Virus genome (UHGV): UHGV-0231292
Direction: 5' to 3' (one strand)
Origin: a virus
Length of the DNA: 35,493 nt
Shown: piece after piece, positions 25,804 to 35,412 of the stretch
Position numbering within the stretch: position 1 is the first letter of the stretch
Layout of the letters: each line of letters begins with the position of its first letter
Notes under the pieces: model-generated
Seen by the model: only the letters and a program-made list of their open reading frames with translations
The model's database searches: none
What the model was told of the DNA's origin: nothing
Position numbers and translations under genes: made by a program

Positions 25804-28647
25804 TCAATCTTTATCGTAAAAACTGCCACGCCCGGCACGGGCGCGCCGTTCCATTTCTGCCCTGACCATTTCACCGACCAGTTTCGCCAGTTCGCGGGGA
25901 TTCTGCGTAACAACGTTATGCAGATGAACATGAATTTCACCGCCAAATCCGGAGGCAACAGGCTCCCGGTTACGGGAAGTTGCAGGAACTGATGCCACTG
26001 GCGATCGTATGGCCTCCGCCACCGGGCGGGAGCTGGCCGCAACAACAGGGACCAGCGCCGGAGGCAGCGGAGCCGGAACCACGGGTGTGATATTAATTGA
26101 GGGGGCAGGCTTACTGACCTGCGCAATCTTCCGCTCCTGCCACTCCCCACGAACAGCAAGTGCGCGGGGCAGGTTCTTAAAGACAATATCGCCGGGGCCA
26201 ATGCGTTTTTTCGTCTCATCAACCAGCTTACCTGTGTTATCAGCAATTTTGCTGAGTCTGCGTAGCGTCCCGGTATTGCTGTCTGTGAGCGGTTTATTGT
26301 CTTTGGGTTTATCACCTCCGGTGCCATTGCCATTTTCCACAGGCTTCGGCGGATTGATTTTCGCCAGGTCCCCCTGAAGCAAGGCAACCTTGTCCTGAAG
26401 AATGGCCGCACGCTGTGCGTCTTCGATTCTCTTTCTCGCCCTTTCCGCTTCATCCGGAAGAACACCGAGTTTTTCAAGTATCCACGCCAGCGTATCCAGC
26501 AACATTTTTGCAGGCGTCAGAACAAGCTGTAACGCGCCACCAAGAACGTTACCGAATATCTCGCCAGCACTGGTACATTTATCCAGTGTTTCCTTGCTGG
26601 ACTCCATTGGTGACAGCAGCGATTTAAACCAGTTAAACACCTGGCCGATCCCGCTCCCGATTGCGTCAAAAACAGGGCCAAACCGTTCAAAGGTTTCGCG
26701 CAACGGGGTCAGCCTTTCCATAATCCCGCTGAACACCCCAGCATAAAACGCCTTGATGGGCTCCCAGTATTTCCAGATGAGAACCGCCGCAGCCACAAAC
26801 GCAGCAGCAATCAATCCGACCGGACTGAACAGCGCCCCGATAGCGCCTCCCAGTAAAGAAACGGAACCCGTCACCATTCCCCATAGCGCTGGCAGGACCC
26901 TGACAGCATTCATTGATCCGGTCAGAAGAGAAAAACCAAGACGCAGTTTTGCCAGCGGGCCAGCAAGCACACCAATAGCCAGCGACAACGAGCCAACCGT
27001 TGCAGTCATTGCCAGCAACGCACCGCCTGCTATCAGTAGCTGGCGCGTCAGTACCGGATGGGCCTGCGCCAGCGCAGTCACCTTTGATACCACCCGCGTG
27101 AGCCACTGCGTGACAGAACGCAGTGGACCGTCAATCAGATCTGCAATGCGGATGCGCAACCCTTCCCATGCACTGCCGAGTGATTTCAGATCGCCGTCAA
27201 GGTTGTTGGCCATAACCTTTGCCGTGCGTTCAGCCTCACCGCGCGCGCCTTCAAGTTCTTTTCTCAGTTTGGGTAAGGAGCCGTCACCTGCCGCATCAAC
27301 GAGGGCCATAAATGATGTGAAAGCCTCTTCTCCGGCAATGTCCTTAAAGAACGATACCCGGTCAACTTCCCCGTATTTGCGGGTGGCTTTATAAAGGTCG
27401 GCCAGCACATCTTCCATCGGGCGCATTTTGCCCCCGGCATCCGAGACAGACGCGCCCAGCTCTTTCAGCGCTTCTGCTGCCGCCTTTGGCGGTGATGCCA
27501 GACGAGCCAGGCTGGCACGCATTGCCGTCCCGGCATCACTCCCTCTGATACCCATATTCGCCAGCACGCCCGCCATCGCTGCGGCCTGCTCCAGCGATAT
27601 TCCCAGCTTACCCGCCACCGGACCTGCATATTTCATGGTTTCGCCCAGCGCGCGAAGGTCAGTGTTGGTACGGGTAAACGCTGCTGTAAGCGTGTCACCG
27701 ACCCGGTCCATCTGGTCAGCGGAGAGGCCGAACTGCGTCAGGATGTTTGAGCCAATATCTGCCGTCTCGCCGAGATCCATACCGCCAGCCGTTGCCATGC
27801 TCAGCACTCCGGGAAGCGCAGCCTGAATGGCCTGCGGTGTGAAGCCTGCCATTGCAAGAAATGCCTGCCCACTGGCGGCATCGCCTGCGGTGAACTGCGT
27901 TTCAGAGCCAAGTTTTAACGCCTGCTCACGCAGCGCCTTAAACTGCGGGCTGTTCTGGTCGATTCGCGTCAGCGCCTGAACGCGGGACATCTCTTTGCCG
28001 AACCCGATCGCGGGCTGCAAAAAACGCCCGGCAGCATAGCCGCCCGCCGCTGCCGCACCAATTGCCAGCGCACCACCTGTTTTCAGTTTTCCCGCGGTTT
28101 CCTGCGCGCGCGAATACCACTCACGCGCCCGCGTTACACGCGCAAGCGCCTGCCGTTCGCGTTCAAGCTGGTTGTTGTACTGTTCGGTGCGTCTGATGGC
28201 CTGCTGGATGGTGTTATCGCTGCCTGTCAGGGAAATGCCGTGGCGTTTCAGCTCTCCGCCAAGCTCCCGCATTTTCTGAATTTCCCGTGTGCGCGATTCA
28301 TTCAGGCGTTCAAGCCGGGTGCTTAACTGCTGCATCAGCTTTTGTTGTTTTTCGCTGAGCACTGTACCCGTGCGTTGTAACTGATTAAGGGCGTTAAGCT
28401 GGCGTCGTGCTTTCACGATACCCGCATCCGCTTTACTGACAGCGTCGCGGGCGCGCTCAAATGAACGAGCCTGACGCTCGAGATTTTTAATCGCCCCCTG
28501 CGTTCGCTGGATGGAGTCACCAAACTGCCCCATCAGGCGGCGGGCGTTTTCGGCAGGCCGGGTCAGCCTGTCAACGGCGCTGAAAGCGACCCGGATATCA
28601 AGAGTCTTCATTGTCTGCATTCCCGCTGCGAAGTGCCGCCCGCTCAC
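25804..28647 (-). CDS. T: Tail tape measure protein (P2 gpT-like)
   Basis: 947 aa; long coiled-coil N-terminal part, Gly/Ala-rich central TM-like stretches, position after E/E'. Confidence 0.85.
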   Translation of the reverse strand: MSGRHFAAGMQTMKTLDIRVAFSAVDRLTRPAENARRLMGQFGDSIQRTQGAIKNLERQARSFERARDAVSKADAGIVKARRQLNALNQLQRTGTVLSEKQQKLMQQLSTRLERLNESRTREIQKMRELGGELKRHGISLTGSDNTIQQAIRRTEQYNNQLERERQALARVTRAREWYSRAQETAGKLKTGGALAIGAAAAGGYAAGRFLQPAIGFGKEMSRVQALTRIDQNSPQFKALREQALKLGSETQFTAGDAASGQAFLAMAGFTPQAIQAALPGVLSMATAGGMDLGETADIGSNILTQFGLSADQMDRVGDTLTAAFTRTNTDLRALGETMKYAGPVAGKLGISLEQAAAMAGVLANMGIRGSDAGTAMRASLARLASPPKAAAEALKELGASVSDAGGKMRPMEDVLADLYKATRKYGEVDRVSFFKDIAGEEAFTSFMALVDAAGDGSLPKLRKELEGARGEAERTAKVMANNLDGDLKSLGSAWEGLRIRIADLIDGPLRSVTQWLTRVVSKVTALAQAHPVLTRQLLIAGGALLAMTATVGSLSLAIGVLAGPLAKLRLGFSLLTGSMNAVRVLPALWGMVTGSVSLLGGAIGALFSPVGLIAAAFVAAAVLIWKYWEPIKAFYAGVFSGIMERLTPLRETFERFGPVFDAIGSGIGQVFNWFKSLLSPMESSKETLDKCTSAGEIFGNVLGGALQLVLTPAKMLLDTLAWILEKLGVLPDEAERARKRIEDAQRAAILQDKVALLQGDLAKINPPKPVENGNGTGGDKPKDNKPLTDSNTGTLRRLSKIADNTGKLVDETKKRIGPGDIVFKNLPRALAVRGEWQERKIAQVSKPAPSINITPVVPAPLPPALVPVVAASSRPVAEAIRSPVASVPATSRNREPVASGFGGEIHVHLHNVVTQNPRELAKLVGEMVRAEMERRARAGRGSFYDKD

Positions 28648-28816
28648 GCCAGCTAACCACTTCGCCGGGCGTCATCATGAAGATTTCGGCGGGCGACCAG
28701 TTAAAAATAACGGCAATATCTGCCACAAAGTCTTCTATGTGCTCAAAGCACACAACCGTGATCAGGCTTCCGTCGCCTGTTCGTTCTTCCCGCCAGAGTC
28801 CGCACCGCTCAAAAAA
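28598..28816 (-). CDS. E': E' extension made by programmed -1 frameshift (E+E' fusion; tail assembly chaperone pair)
   Basis: Slippery heptamer T_TTT_TTG on the minus strand at plus coords 28810-28816 inside E; the -1 frame stays open to 28598. Confidence 0.6.
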   Translation of the reverse strand, partial: FFERCGLWREERTGDGSLITVVCFEHIEDFVADIAVIFNWSPAEIFMMTPGEVVSWRERAALRSGNADNEDS

Positions 28817-29127
28817 TTTACGGCAACCACACATAACTGAATAAAGTCACGGGATGCCATTTTTTTGATCGTCACTTCATCCAGTCGCGGTGATGTCACG
28901 CGTGACAGCAGCGTAAACATGGATTCCGCTTTCAGATTCAGCACATCAGACAGCGACAAATCTCGCAGAGATCCAGCCTGCTCAATAGCCCCGGTGATCT
29001 CCACATACGTGATTTTTTCGCCGCCTCGCTCAATTGGTTGGGTAAGTTTTACACCACGCTCACTGGTTTCTTTCACAGTGTCAGCAACTACCGTGTTTTC
29101 GGTATCGATGTTTTTCGTCTCTTTCAT
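28762..29127 (-). CDS. E: Tail assembly chaperone (P2 gpE-like)
   Basis: 121 aa; ends ...VVAVNFLSGADS spanning the slippery site; located between tail tube and tape measure. Confidence 0.75.
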   Translation of the reverse strand: MKETKNIDTENTVVADTVKETSERGVKLTQPIERGGEKITYVEITGAIEQAGSLRDLSLSDVLNLKAESMFTLLSRVTSPRLDEVTIKKMASRDFIQLCVVAVNFLSGADSGGKNEQATEA

Positions 29128-29181
29128 CAGGAAACTCCTTTCAGTCAGAGGCGACGCACTGCGCCGCCTGCATATTACTTA

Positions 29182-29694
29182 TCAGCCAAGCCCGAGCGCG
29201 GAACGGATGCGATCGGGCACAATGTCCTTGCCGTCCTTCCGGTAAATGAAGTTCAGCAGGTCAATCTCCCACAACGGGCGATCGTTAACACTCAGCTTGT
29301 AGTAGGTGTTTTTAATGGCGTAAGTGTGTGATGTAGCTTCGCCCTGTTTGGCTTCCCCCATATCAATTTCCGTCACACGTCCGCGCATTTCGACTTCATA
29401 CAGGTCGCTTTCTGCATCGGTGTAATATTCACCCGCAAAACGCAGCAGCGTGCCGTCAATCGTGCCGCCATACTTAAGGAACAGCTCACGAACTGCGCCC
29501 CCCATGACAAAGCTCGCATCAAGCGCGGAGTCGTCCAGACCGAGATCAATACTTACCGCACCCATCATGCCACCACCCCGGTAGCTGTCGGTTTTGCGCG
29601 TCAGCTTAGGCAGAGTGACGGACGTCACCTTACCCACTTCGTTTTCACCATCCACAAACAGCGTAAAAAAGCGAAGATGTTTTGGTACAGCCAT
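29182..29694 (-). CDS. FII: Tail tube protein (P2 gpFII-like)
   Basis: 170 aa; GKVTSVTLPKLTRKTDSYRGGGMMGAVSIDLGLDDSAL, RFAGEY, VEMRGR match FII. Confidence 0.85.
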   Translation of the reverse strand: MAVPKHLRFFTLFVDGENEVGKVTSVTLPKLTRKTDSYRGGGMMGAVSIDLGLDDSALDASFVMGGAVRELFLKYGGTIDGTLLRFAGEYYTDAESDLYEVEMRGRVTEIDMGEAKQGEATSHTYAIKNTYYKLSVNDRPLWEIDLLNFIYRKDGKDIVPDRIRSALGLG

Positions 29695-30878
29695 CAGGCA
29701 CCTCCCAGCACCGCAAATGCGGGTTCAAAGTATTCATCAGTAAACGTCTGGTAAAGCTCCATGTCTTCCAGTGGCGGAACGGGCGTATATTTGTAGCGAA
29801 TACGCACACGCCCCTGACGTAAATCCGTGGTGCTGTTATCCACCACGTCATACCAGCACTCCGCGCCAATCAGTTTCCCGGCAGTAACCAGCGAATCCAG
29901 TTTTGCCCTGATGGCACTGATAACATCCTTCACGTTCGCAGGCGTCAGTGGACTGTCGATGGTTTCAAACTGCGCTTCCGCAATTGAATCAGCCAGCACC
30001 TGTGCGGTTCGGGTATACACCTCAAAGATGTAGGCGTTCGTTTCCGGTGTGCGGTTGCCCCAGAAGCGGAACCCGTTGCGACGAATAATGGTCGTGATTT
30101 CTTTGTTGTTGAGGCTGTTGGCATCACTGTCTTCGGCCTGCAACGACCAGAAAACATGCCTGGACATCCCCAGCACATTTTTAACAGGAACGTTGGACAG
30201 CGATTTGTGCCAGCCCTGCTCATGGTCAATGTACGCACGAAGGCCGCACGCATAGGCAGGCGCGGGGAACGTTTCGTTTTTGCCACTTTTCGGGTTGTAG
30301 GCGATGAAGTCCGGCCATAAGAGCATCACCTCACGTTCGTTGAATTTCTGGCGGTAGGTAATTGCCTCAGCCATCGTGTTACAGTCATGACATGAGGCAT
30401 ACACAAACGCGCGCAGTTTACCCGCAATCACGCACAGGGATTTTGTCACCGCCTCCGTGTCCAGCTCCGGCGCGGCCAGAATACGCGGACGGTATCCGAT
30501 GCTTTCATCCTGCTCTGCAACAAGCAGCGCATACATCCCCGTATAGCTGCCGTCAGATTCAGAACCACCGATAACCAGTTGATCCTGCGTCTTACCGCCT
30601 TCTTCTTTGTGTTCAGCCACGCGAACGACGATCACTTTTGTGCTCACCTGGTCTGCAATAGCCTTAAGCGCACGATAAAGCGTCCCCGTAGTCCCGCATT
30701 TTCCCAGCACGTCATTGACGCGGGTCAGCAGTGTGGGCTTGTTCAGCGGGAACAGCTCCGCGTCCGCATCATCCGCCGTTGCCACGATACCGATAACACT
30801 GGAATCAACATCATTAATCGCTGTTACCAGGTCGGTACTTTCCGTAACACGGGCACCATGAAAACGAGTTTCACTCAT
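29694..30878 (-). CDS. FI: Contractile tail sheath protein (P2 gpFI-like)
   Basis: 394 aa; TADDADAELFPLNKP, QGWHKSLSNV, IRRNGFRFWGNRT, YKYTPVPPLE match FI. Confidence 0.9.
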   Translation of the reverse strand: MSETRFHGARVTESTDLVTAINDVDSSVIGIVATADDADAELFPLNKPTLLTRVNDVLGKCGTTGTLYRALKAIADQVSTKVIVVRVAEHKEEGGKTQDQLVIGGSESDGSYTGMYALLVAEQDESIGYRPRILAAPELDTEAVTKSLCVIAGKLRAFVYASCHDCNTMAEAITYRQKFNEREVMLLWPDFIAYNPKSGKNETFPAPAYACGLRAYIDHEQGWHKSLSNVPVKNVLGMSRHVFWSLQAEDSDANSLNNKEITTIIRRNGFRFWGNRTPETNAYIFEVYTRTAQVLADSIAEAQFETIDSPLTPANVKDVISAIRAKLDSLVTAGKLIGAECWYDVVDNSTTDLRQGRVRIRYKYTPVPPLEDMELYQTFTDEYFEPAFAVLGGA

Positions 30879-31035
30879 AGCTTCAGCCCCTTGTATCCGT
30901 TAAATGATTCGGCAACAATCATCACCCACCACGCGCGTAATCTCACCCCTGCGCCGTTCTCCCGCCACGGCGACAACAAAAAGCAGTAACCCCCTATGCA
31001 CGCACATGCGACCATGCCGCACAGGGAGGGAACAG
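30879..31035. promoter_or_regulatory. Divergent intergenic region between FI (-) and D (+); presumed late promoter(s)
   Basis: 157 bp between divergent starts with RBS on both sides; contains CCTTGTATC similar to CCTTTGTATC in the P/O region; no canonical TGT-N12-ACA seen. Confidence 0.35.
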
Positions 31036-32136
31036 ATGACCGATACCACCATGCAATTGCTCAGTCAGAGCACAGACCCCGTGAAAATGCCGGATTTTGA
31101 TATTCTCGCGGAGGGGGAAACACTGTCCAGCGTGGCAGAGCGCCTGATGAGCCTGTCACTGACCGACAACCGGGGATTTGAAGCGGACCTGCTCACCATC
31201 ACGCTGGATGATGCGGATGGTCAGTTGCAGCTACCGCCACGGGGCGCGCGCCTGACGGTTCTCATTGGCTGGAAAGGAGAACCGCTGACAGAAAAAGGCA
31301 CTTACATTGTTGATGAAATCGCTCACGAAGGACCGCCGGACAGGCTGACTGTTTCAGCCAGAAGCGCAGATTTTCGGGATGAATTTAACGTTAAACGTGA
31401 GGTGTCCTGGCATGATGTGACCGTTGAGCGCGTGGTATCCGCCATCGCTCATCGGTACGGTCTGAAACCACAAATCAGCGAAATGCTGATGGATATTGAA
31501 ATCGACCACGCCGACCAGACCGAAGAAAGCGACATGTCCTTCCTTACGCGCATGGCGGAAATGCTGGGCGCAATCACTACGGTAAAAAGCAGTAATCTGT
31601 TATTCATCATGCCAGGCGGTGGCGTGAACGCACAGGGCCAGCCGTTGCCATCGTTCGCCATCACGCGCAGCAGTGGCGATCGCCATCAGTTCCGCATTGC
31701 TGACCGCGAAGCGTATACGGGGGTACGTGCTTACTGGCTTGATCTTAATTACGGGAAAAAGAAAAAAGTCAGCGTGAAACGCCGCAAACCGAAAAAGGAG
31801 AAAAGCAGCAGCCGTGAAGGTGACTATATGGAAGGTGCGGAAGGCAACGTGTTTGTGTTACGCAAGACTTATCAGAACGAGCAGGCAGCAAGACGTGCAG
31901 CGGCGGCAAAGTGGCAGCAGCTACAACGCGGAGCCGCATCATTCTCCATCACGCTGGCGCGTGGACGCGCAGAACTCTATCCCGAAATGCATGGCACGGT
32001 GACAGGCTTCAAAAGTGACATCGATAATCAGGACTGGATTATTGCAAAAGCCGAGCACACCATTGATAACAGCGGCTTTACCACACAGCTTGAGCTTGAA
32101 GCAAAAATCCCGGAATGGATAGCAGAAACAGAATGA
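31036..32136 (+). CDS. D: Late control / tail protein D (P2 gpD-like)
   Basis: Start at the ATG after GGGAGGG; LTDNRGFEADLLTITLDDADGQLQLPPRGA, SARSADFR, WHD, basic KKKKVSVKRRKPKKEK stretch, GFTTQLELE match gpD. Confidence 0.85.
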   Translation: MTDTTMQLLSQSTDPVKMPDFDILAEGETLSSVAERLMSLSLTDNRGFEADLLTITLDDADGQLQLPPRGARLTVLIGWKGEPLTEKGTYIVDEIAHEGPPDRLTVSARSADFRDEFNVKREVSWHDVTVERVVSAIAHRYGLKPQISEMLMDIEIDHADQTEESDMSFLTRMAEMLGAITTVKSSNLLFIMPGGGVNAQGQPLPSFAITRSSGDRHQFRIADREAYTGVRAYWLDLNYGKKKKVSVKRRKPKKEKSSSREGDYMEGAEGNVFVLRKTYQNEQAARRAAAAKWQQLQRGAASFSITLARGRAELYPEMHGTVTGFKSDIDNQDWIIAKAEHTIDNSGFTTQLELEAKIPEWIAETE

Positions 32137-32535
32137 GCAAATTAGATGTATTGACTCAAACCAGAACTGACACACTCACAGCACAGTGCCAGACCCAATC
32201 TGGCAGCCCGCTTTGTGCCTAGAGCAGGTGTTGCTTATGTAACAGTTAATCCACGGATAGTGGTCATGAATGCTGGTTGAAGTTGTATTGCCATGAGTGG
32301 TCAATTAGGGACTCACTTATTATCGCGTGCTCACCATTGATGGGTAAGATCATGCATTTCGGCTACTGTACTTCGCGAATCCTCCGCACACAGGCAACAC
32401 CTGATTTAAGAACAGAGGGAGATGATGACGCAAGGAAGATTTATTATCGTGCATGTGGCAGATGATCTTTTAGCTGCCGGAGTGATAAATTACACCTATT
32501 TTCGATAAGTGTTTTTGTTATAGAACATTAATTTC

Positions 32536-33675
32536 GTGGGAAACAATAAAGTGAAATTAGGAAGAAATGATAAGTGCTGGTGTAATTCAGGACTTAAGTA
32601 TAAAAAGTGCCATCTTGGTCGAGATCGTGAAACTCCGGTATCCAAAGCCGAGGCACTGAAATTTTCAAAGTCTCTCTCGCAGAGAAAGGCATGTTATGCG
32701 CCAGCATCCATGCACGAAGATTGTGATAAACGCATCGTTCAGGCGCATACGATATCTAAGAGCAGTAGCCTTAAGGCGATCGCCGACTCCAGCAATCACG
32801 TCATGGGGGTGATAATGAACTTAGCAAGCCTGATGAGAAACAACGGAAAATGGCTTCCCGAGAAGATCGGTATCAATCAGGCATCCACTTTTACAGGATT
32901 TTGTGCAGTTCATGACAGAATCTTATTTTCATGCCTAGAGAACGAAAAATTTACAGGCACGGACGAGCAGTGCTTTGCCTTAATGTTTCGTTCATTGTCT
33001 AAAGAAATTTATGCCAAAGAAGGGGGAGTGCTATCTTCTGATTTTGCTAAAAATGCCGATAAAGGAAAGCTACAAGTTGAACAGTATTATATTCAGAAAT
33101 TAATCGACCAGCACCAAAGTGGCTTAAATGCAGCAATAATTGAATTAAATAATCTTAAAACTAGCCTCGACCGCATCCTACTTAGCAGGCAATTTTCAGA
33201 AATTGAAAGTGTTATCTTCACTTTTGCAGAGCCTTTACCAATTGTAGTTTCGTCAATTCTTTCACCGGAGAGGGATTTCGATGGGACCAAAATTCAGGAT
33301 TTGAGCGATCTTACAGTGTCGGCGGAACAAGTATGTTTCAATGCTTTTTCCTGCGGAGGTAAGGGATATGTAGTGTTCAGTTGGCTGAGAACTTCAACAA
33401 TTATCAGACGTTTTATACGGACACTAATTAAGATCCCAGCTAACAGGATGTTCAATACCCTTCTGTATTTTTTCTTCACAAAGGCCGAAAATACATATTC
33501 ATCCCCTGAGTGGTGGGACAGGCTCAGTGATAAACAGCGAGAGAATATCGGCAACATGATTATGTCAGGGGTTGAATTTTTTGGCAGACCTACATCACAG
33601 GTTGATCATTCCGTTGATTATAACGCCGCTGCACTTGAAGAGATAACATGCAGCAACAACGAAATTTGCAGCTGA
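32536..33675 (+). CDS. SEC-C metal-binding-motif protein of unknown function in an AT-rich island
   Basis: 379 aa; N-terminal CWCNSGLKYKKCH matches the SecA/YecA SEC-C zinc motif (C-x-C-x8-C-H); non-ATG start (GTG at 32536 or 32551); AT-rich versus flanking phage genes. Confidence 0.55.
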   Translation: MGNNKVKLGRNDKCWCNSGLKYKKCHLGRDRETPVSKAEALKFSKSLSQRKACYAPASMHEDCDKRIVQAHTISKSSSLKAIADSSNHVMGVIMNLASLMRNNGKWLPEKIGINQASTFTGFCAVHDRILFSCLENEKFTGTDEQCFALMFRSLSKEIYAKEGGVLSSDFAKNADKGKLQVEQYYIQKLIDQHQSGLNAAIIELNNLKTSLDRILLSRQFSEIESVIFTFAEPLPIVVSSILSPERDFDGTKIQDLSDLTVSAEQVCFNAFSCGGKGYVVFSWLRTSTIIRRFIRTLIKIPANRMFNTLLYFFFTKAENTYSSPEWWDRLSDKQRENIGNMIMSGVEFFGRPTSQVDHSVDYNAAALEEITCSNNEICS

Positions 33676-33964
33676 ATGTTTACATGCTGTTAGAAAAAGC
33701 GGGCTGAACAATCATTTCGGGATTGTAACAGATAAGATGGCACTGCCCGCTTGCTTCCCGATATGCACCTCAGCCAATAAACTTATGTAAGCAACCGATT
33801 TCCATTTATGCGGAGGTTATCAAAGTTGTTGGAGTTGCGAACTTCCGCTCTTCGCACAAAGCGTACCGCTAGGTTTGATTGTATTCTGGCTGCGCAAACT
33901 GTCAGTTGGAGTCTGAGCTATTACAACTTAGAATAGCGGCAGCACCACGTTAAGGGAGGTCGCT

Positions 33965-34225
33965 ATGTTCCGTTGTCCGCTTTGTGGCGCATCTGCCCGA
34001 ATCCGCACCAGTCGTCCGGAAAACGATTCAAACACTGTGCGGCAAAAGTATTACCAGTGTAACAACCTGGAATGCGGCGTATGCTTCTCAACACTGGAAG
34101 CTTTCCATAAATTCACATCAAAACACGCCTCCGGCGTTCACTCTTCGGAAGGTATCCCGTGGCATGAGCTGCCAGCTTCACACAGGGGAAACAATCAGAT
34201 GAGTTTGCCTTTACCTCAGAATTAA
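33965..34225 (+). CDS. ogr: Late gene transcription activator, zinc-finger (P2 Ogr / Delta-like)
   Basis: 86 aa; MFRCPLCGASARIRTSR...YYQCNNLECGVCF Cys4 finger (C-x2-C-x22-C-x4-C); RBS AAGGGAGG. Confidence 0.85.
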   Translation: MFRCPLCGASARIRTSRPENDSNTVRQKYYQCNNLECGVCFSTLEAFHKFTSKHASGVHSSEGIPWHELPASHRGNNQMSLPLPQN

Positions 34226-34415
34226 CAGGCAGAATTGCCGGAGTAACAAAAAAACGATAGATTACCCGCGGGTGCCTTTCGGCTGATGGTCGGAGGAATA
34301 CCCGAAGGCCGGATGTGGAAAGGCCCCGGAAAACATTTCTGTTTAACCGAGGCCCTAACATATCTACCTTAAGCAAGTGATAGGTTAGCGCCTCTCCAAC
34401 AAAGGAGCAAGCGCT

Positions 34416-34556
34416 ATGTCGCAAAAATCGCTTACAGCCATCACGTTCTGCGTGACGGTAATCCTCATCATCTGGATGCTACACGGTTCGCTGTGTGAAA
34501 TACGGATGAGCTTCTGGGGAGCGGAGTTTGCGGCGTTCTTACAGTGTAAGCAGTAA
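34416..34556 (+). CDS. hok: Hok/Gef-family type I toxin (46 aa)
   Basis: MSQKSLTAITFCVTVILIIWMLHGSLCEIRMSFWGAEFAAFLQCKQ: TM helix plus SLCEIR...AAF signature; RBS AAAGGAG; below ORF-track cutoff. Confidence 0.65.
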   Translation: MSQKSLTAITFCVTVILIIWMLHGSLCEIRMSFWGAEFAAFLQCKQ

Positions 34557-34644
34557 GGAAACCGCGACGGGGGAGCAATCCCCCGTCAATCGGTTGCTAA
34601 GGTTGGCTGAAGTGGCACCCTATCTCACAGACATGAACAACAAA

Positions 34645-34676
34645 CCCGCAGCGTAAGAACTGCGGGTTTTCTTTTT
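34645..34676 (+). terminator. Rho-independent terminator of the hok-like transcript
   Basis: CCCGCAG-CGTAAGAA-CTGCGGG followed by TTTTCTTTTT. Confidence 0.6.
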
Positions 34677-34744
34677 GGAACAATCACTAGCTAGTGTACC
34701 GTTAACGGCACATAATGCTCGCACAACAAACCTGTTAAAAGAGA

Positions 34745-35026
34745 TTACTCAGCATTCTCCTGCTTCCATTGCCGGATCATTTCATCGGTAACATCACCCT
34801 CATAACATACCACGTCATACCCTCCATTACGGCTATATGCACTGCGTCCACCACATCTACTACCATTCCTTGCATGATTATAAGGACACGCACAATTGCC
34901 TGGATAAGATTCAATGGATTCTTTAATTATTTCTTTTTTGATCTGAGCATCAGACTTTCCTGTTGCTGCATATCCACTAAAAGATACTAAACAAAGGCAG
35001 ATTGCCATTAATAAACCACATCGCAT
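34745..35026 (-). CDS. Small secreted Cys-rich protein of unknown function
   Basis: Start set to the internal Met giving signal peptide MRCGLLMAICLCLVSFSGYAA; mature part has 4 Cys (NCACPYNHARNGSRCGG...VVCYEG); AT-rich. Confidence 0.4.
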   Translation of the reverse strand: MRCGLLMAICLCLVSFSGYAATGKSDAQIKKEIIKESIESYPGNCACPYNHARNGSRCGGRSAYSRNGGYDVVCYEGDVTDEMIRQWKQENAE

Positions 35027-35307
35027 ACCGATACACTCTATTACTAACCAATCATAGCCCACATCATAAAATCGAGATGAGGAGTACAATACCTTTAACA
35101 AGAAGGTGTCATAACGATAATATGTCGTGCAATTCATCAAAAAAAAGATCTATATCAAAGAGATAGAACTCTTATCAGTGCTTCAGACATCGGCATTCGA
35201 GGCAGCAGAAAAACAGTAAATCTGACGAATTTGCCTTTTCCCAAGATGTTGTCAGATTAAAAAGATAGATTAGCGCAGGTACCTGTTGGTGGATTGCAGG
35301 AGGAAAA

Positions 35308-35412
35308 ATGAAGTCGAGTGAAAAAATCCCAGAAAAATTTTTGTTTAACAGAGGTCCTGGTTCACTATGCGAAATACGGAGGAGCTGCAGAAGAATTCTG
35401 CTTAGAGTTTAA
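35308..35412 (+). pseudogene. Degenerate hok-like paralogue lacking the transmembrane helix
   Basis: 34-codon ORF with RBS GCAGGAGG; ...RGPGSLCEIRRSC... and nucleotide similarity to the hok core at 34416-34556 (GGTTCnCTnTGnGAAATACGGAnGAGCT). Confidence 0.35.

Larger units (their letters stand above)
65..34225. mobile_element. P2-like prophage, minimum extent from att core to ogr; right boundary not located in window
   Basis: Complete P2-type gene set (int, C-like repressor, A, Q, P, O, N, M, L, X, lysis, R, S, V, W, J, I, H, G, FI, FII, E/E', T, U, D, ogr) recognised from translations. Confidence 0.85.

Noticed and set aside
25788-27826. Plus-strand and alternate-frame ORFs (up to 229 aa) overlapping the tape measure gene
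   Set aside because: Tape measure genes are Gly/Ala-rich and give long spurious frames; none has a start context or motifs.
32277-32465. 62-aa ORF in the AT-rich spacer upstream of the SEC-C gene
   Set aside because: No RBS, low-complexity translation; more likely promoter or leader sequence of the island.
34226-34415. mok-like overlapping reading frame upstream of hok
   Set aside because: The only upstream ATG-initiated frame terminates before hok without overlap; the regulatory architecture cannot be resolved by eye.
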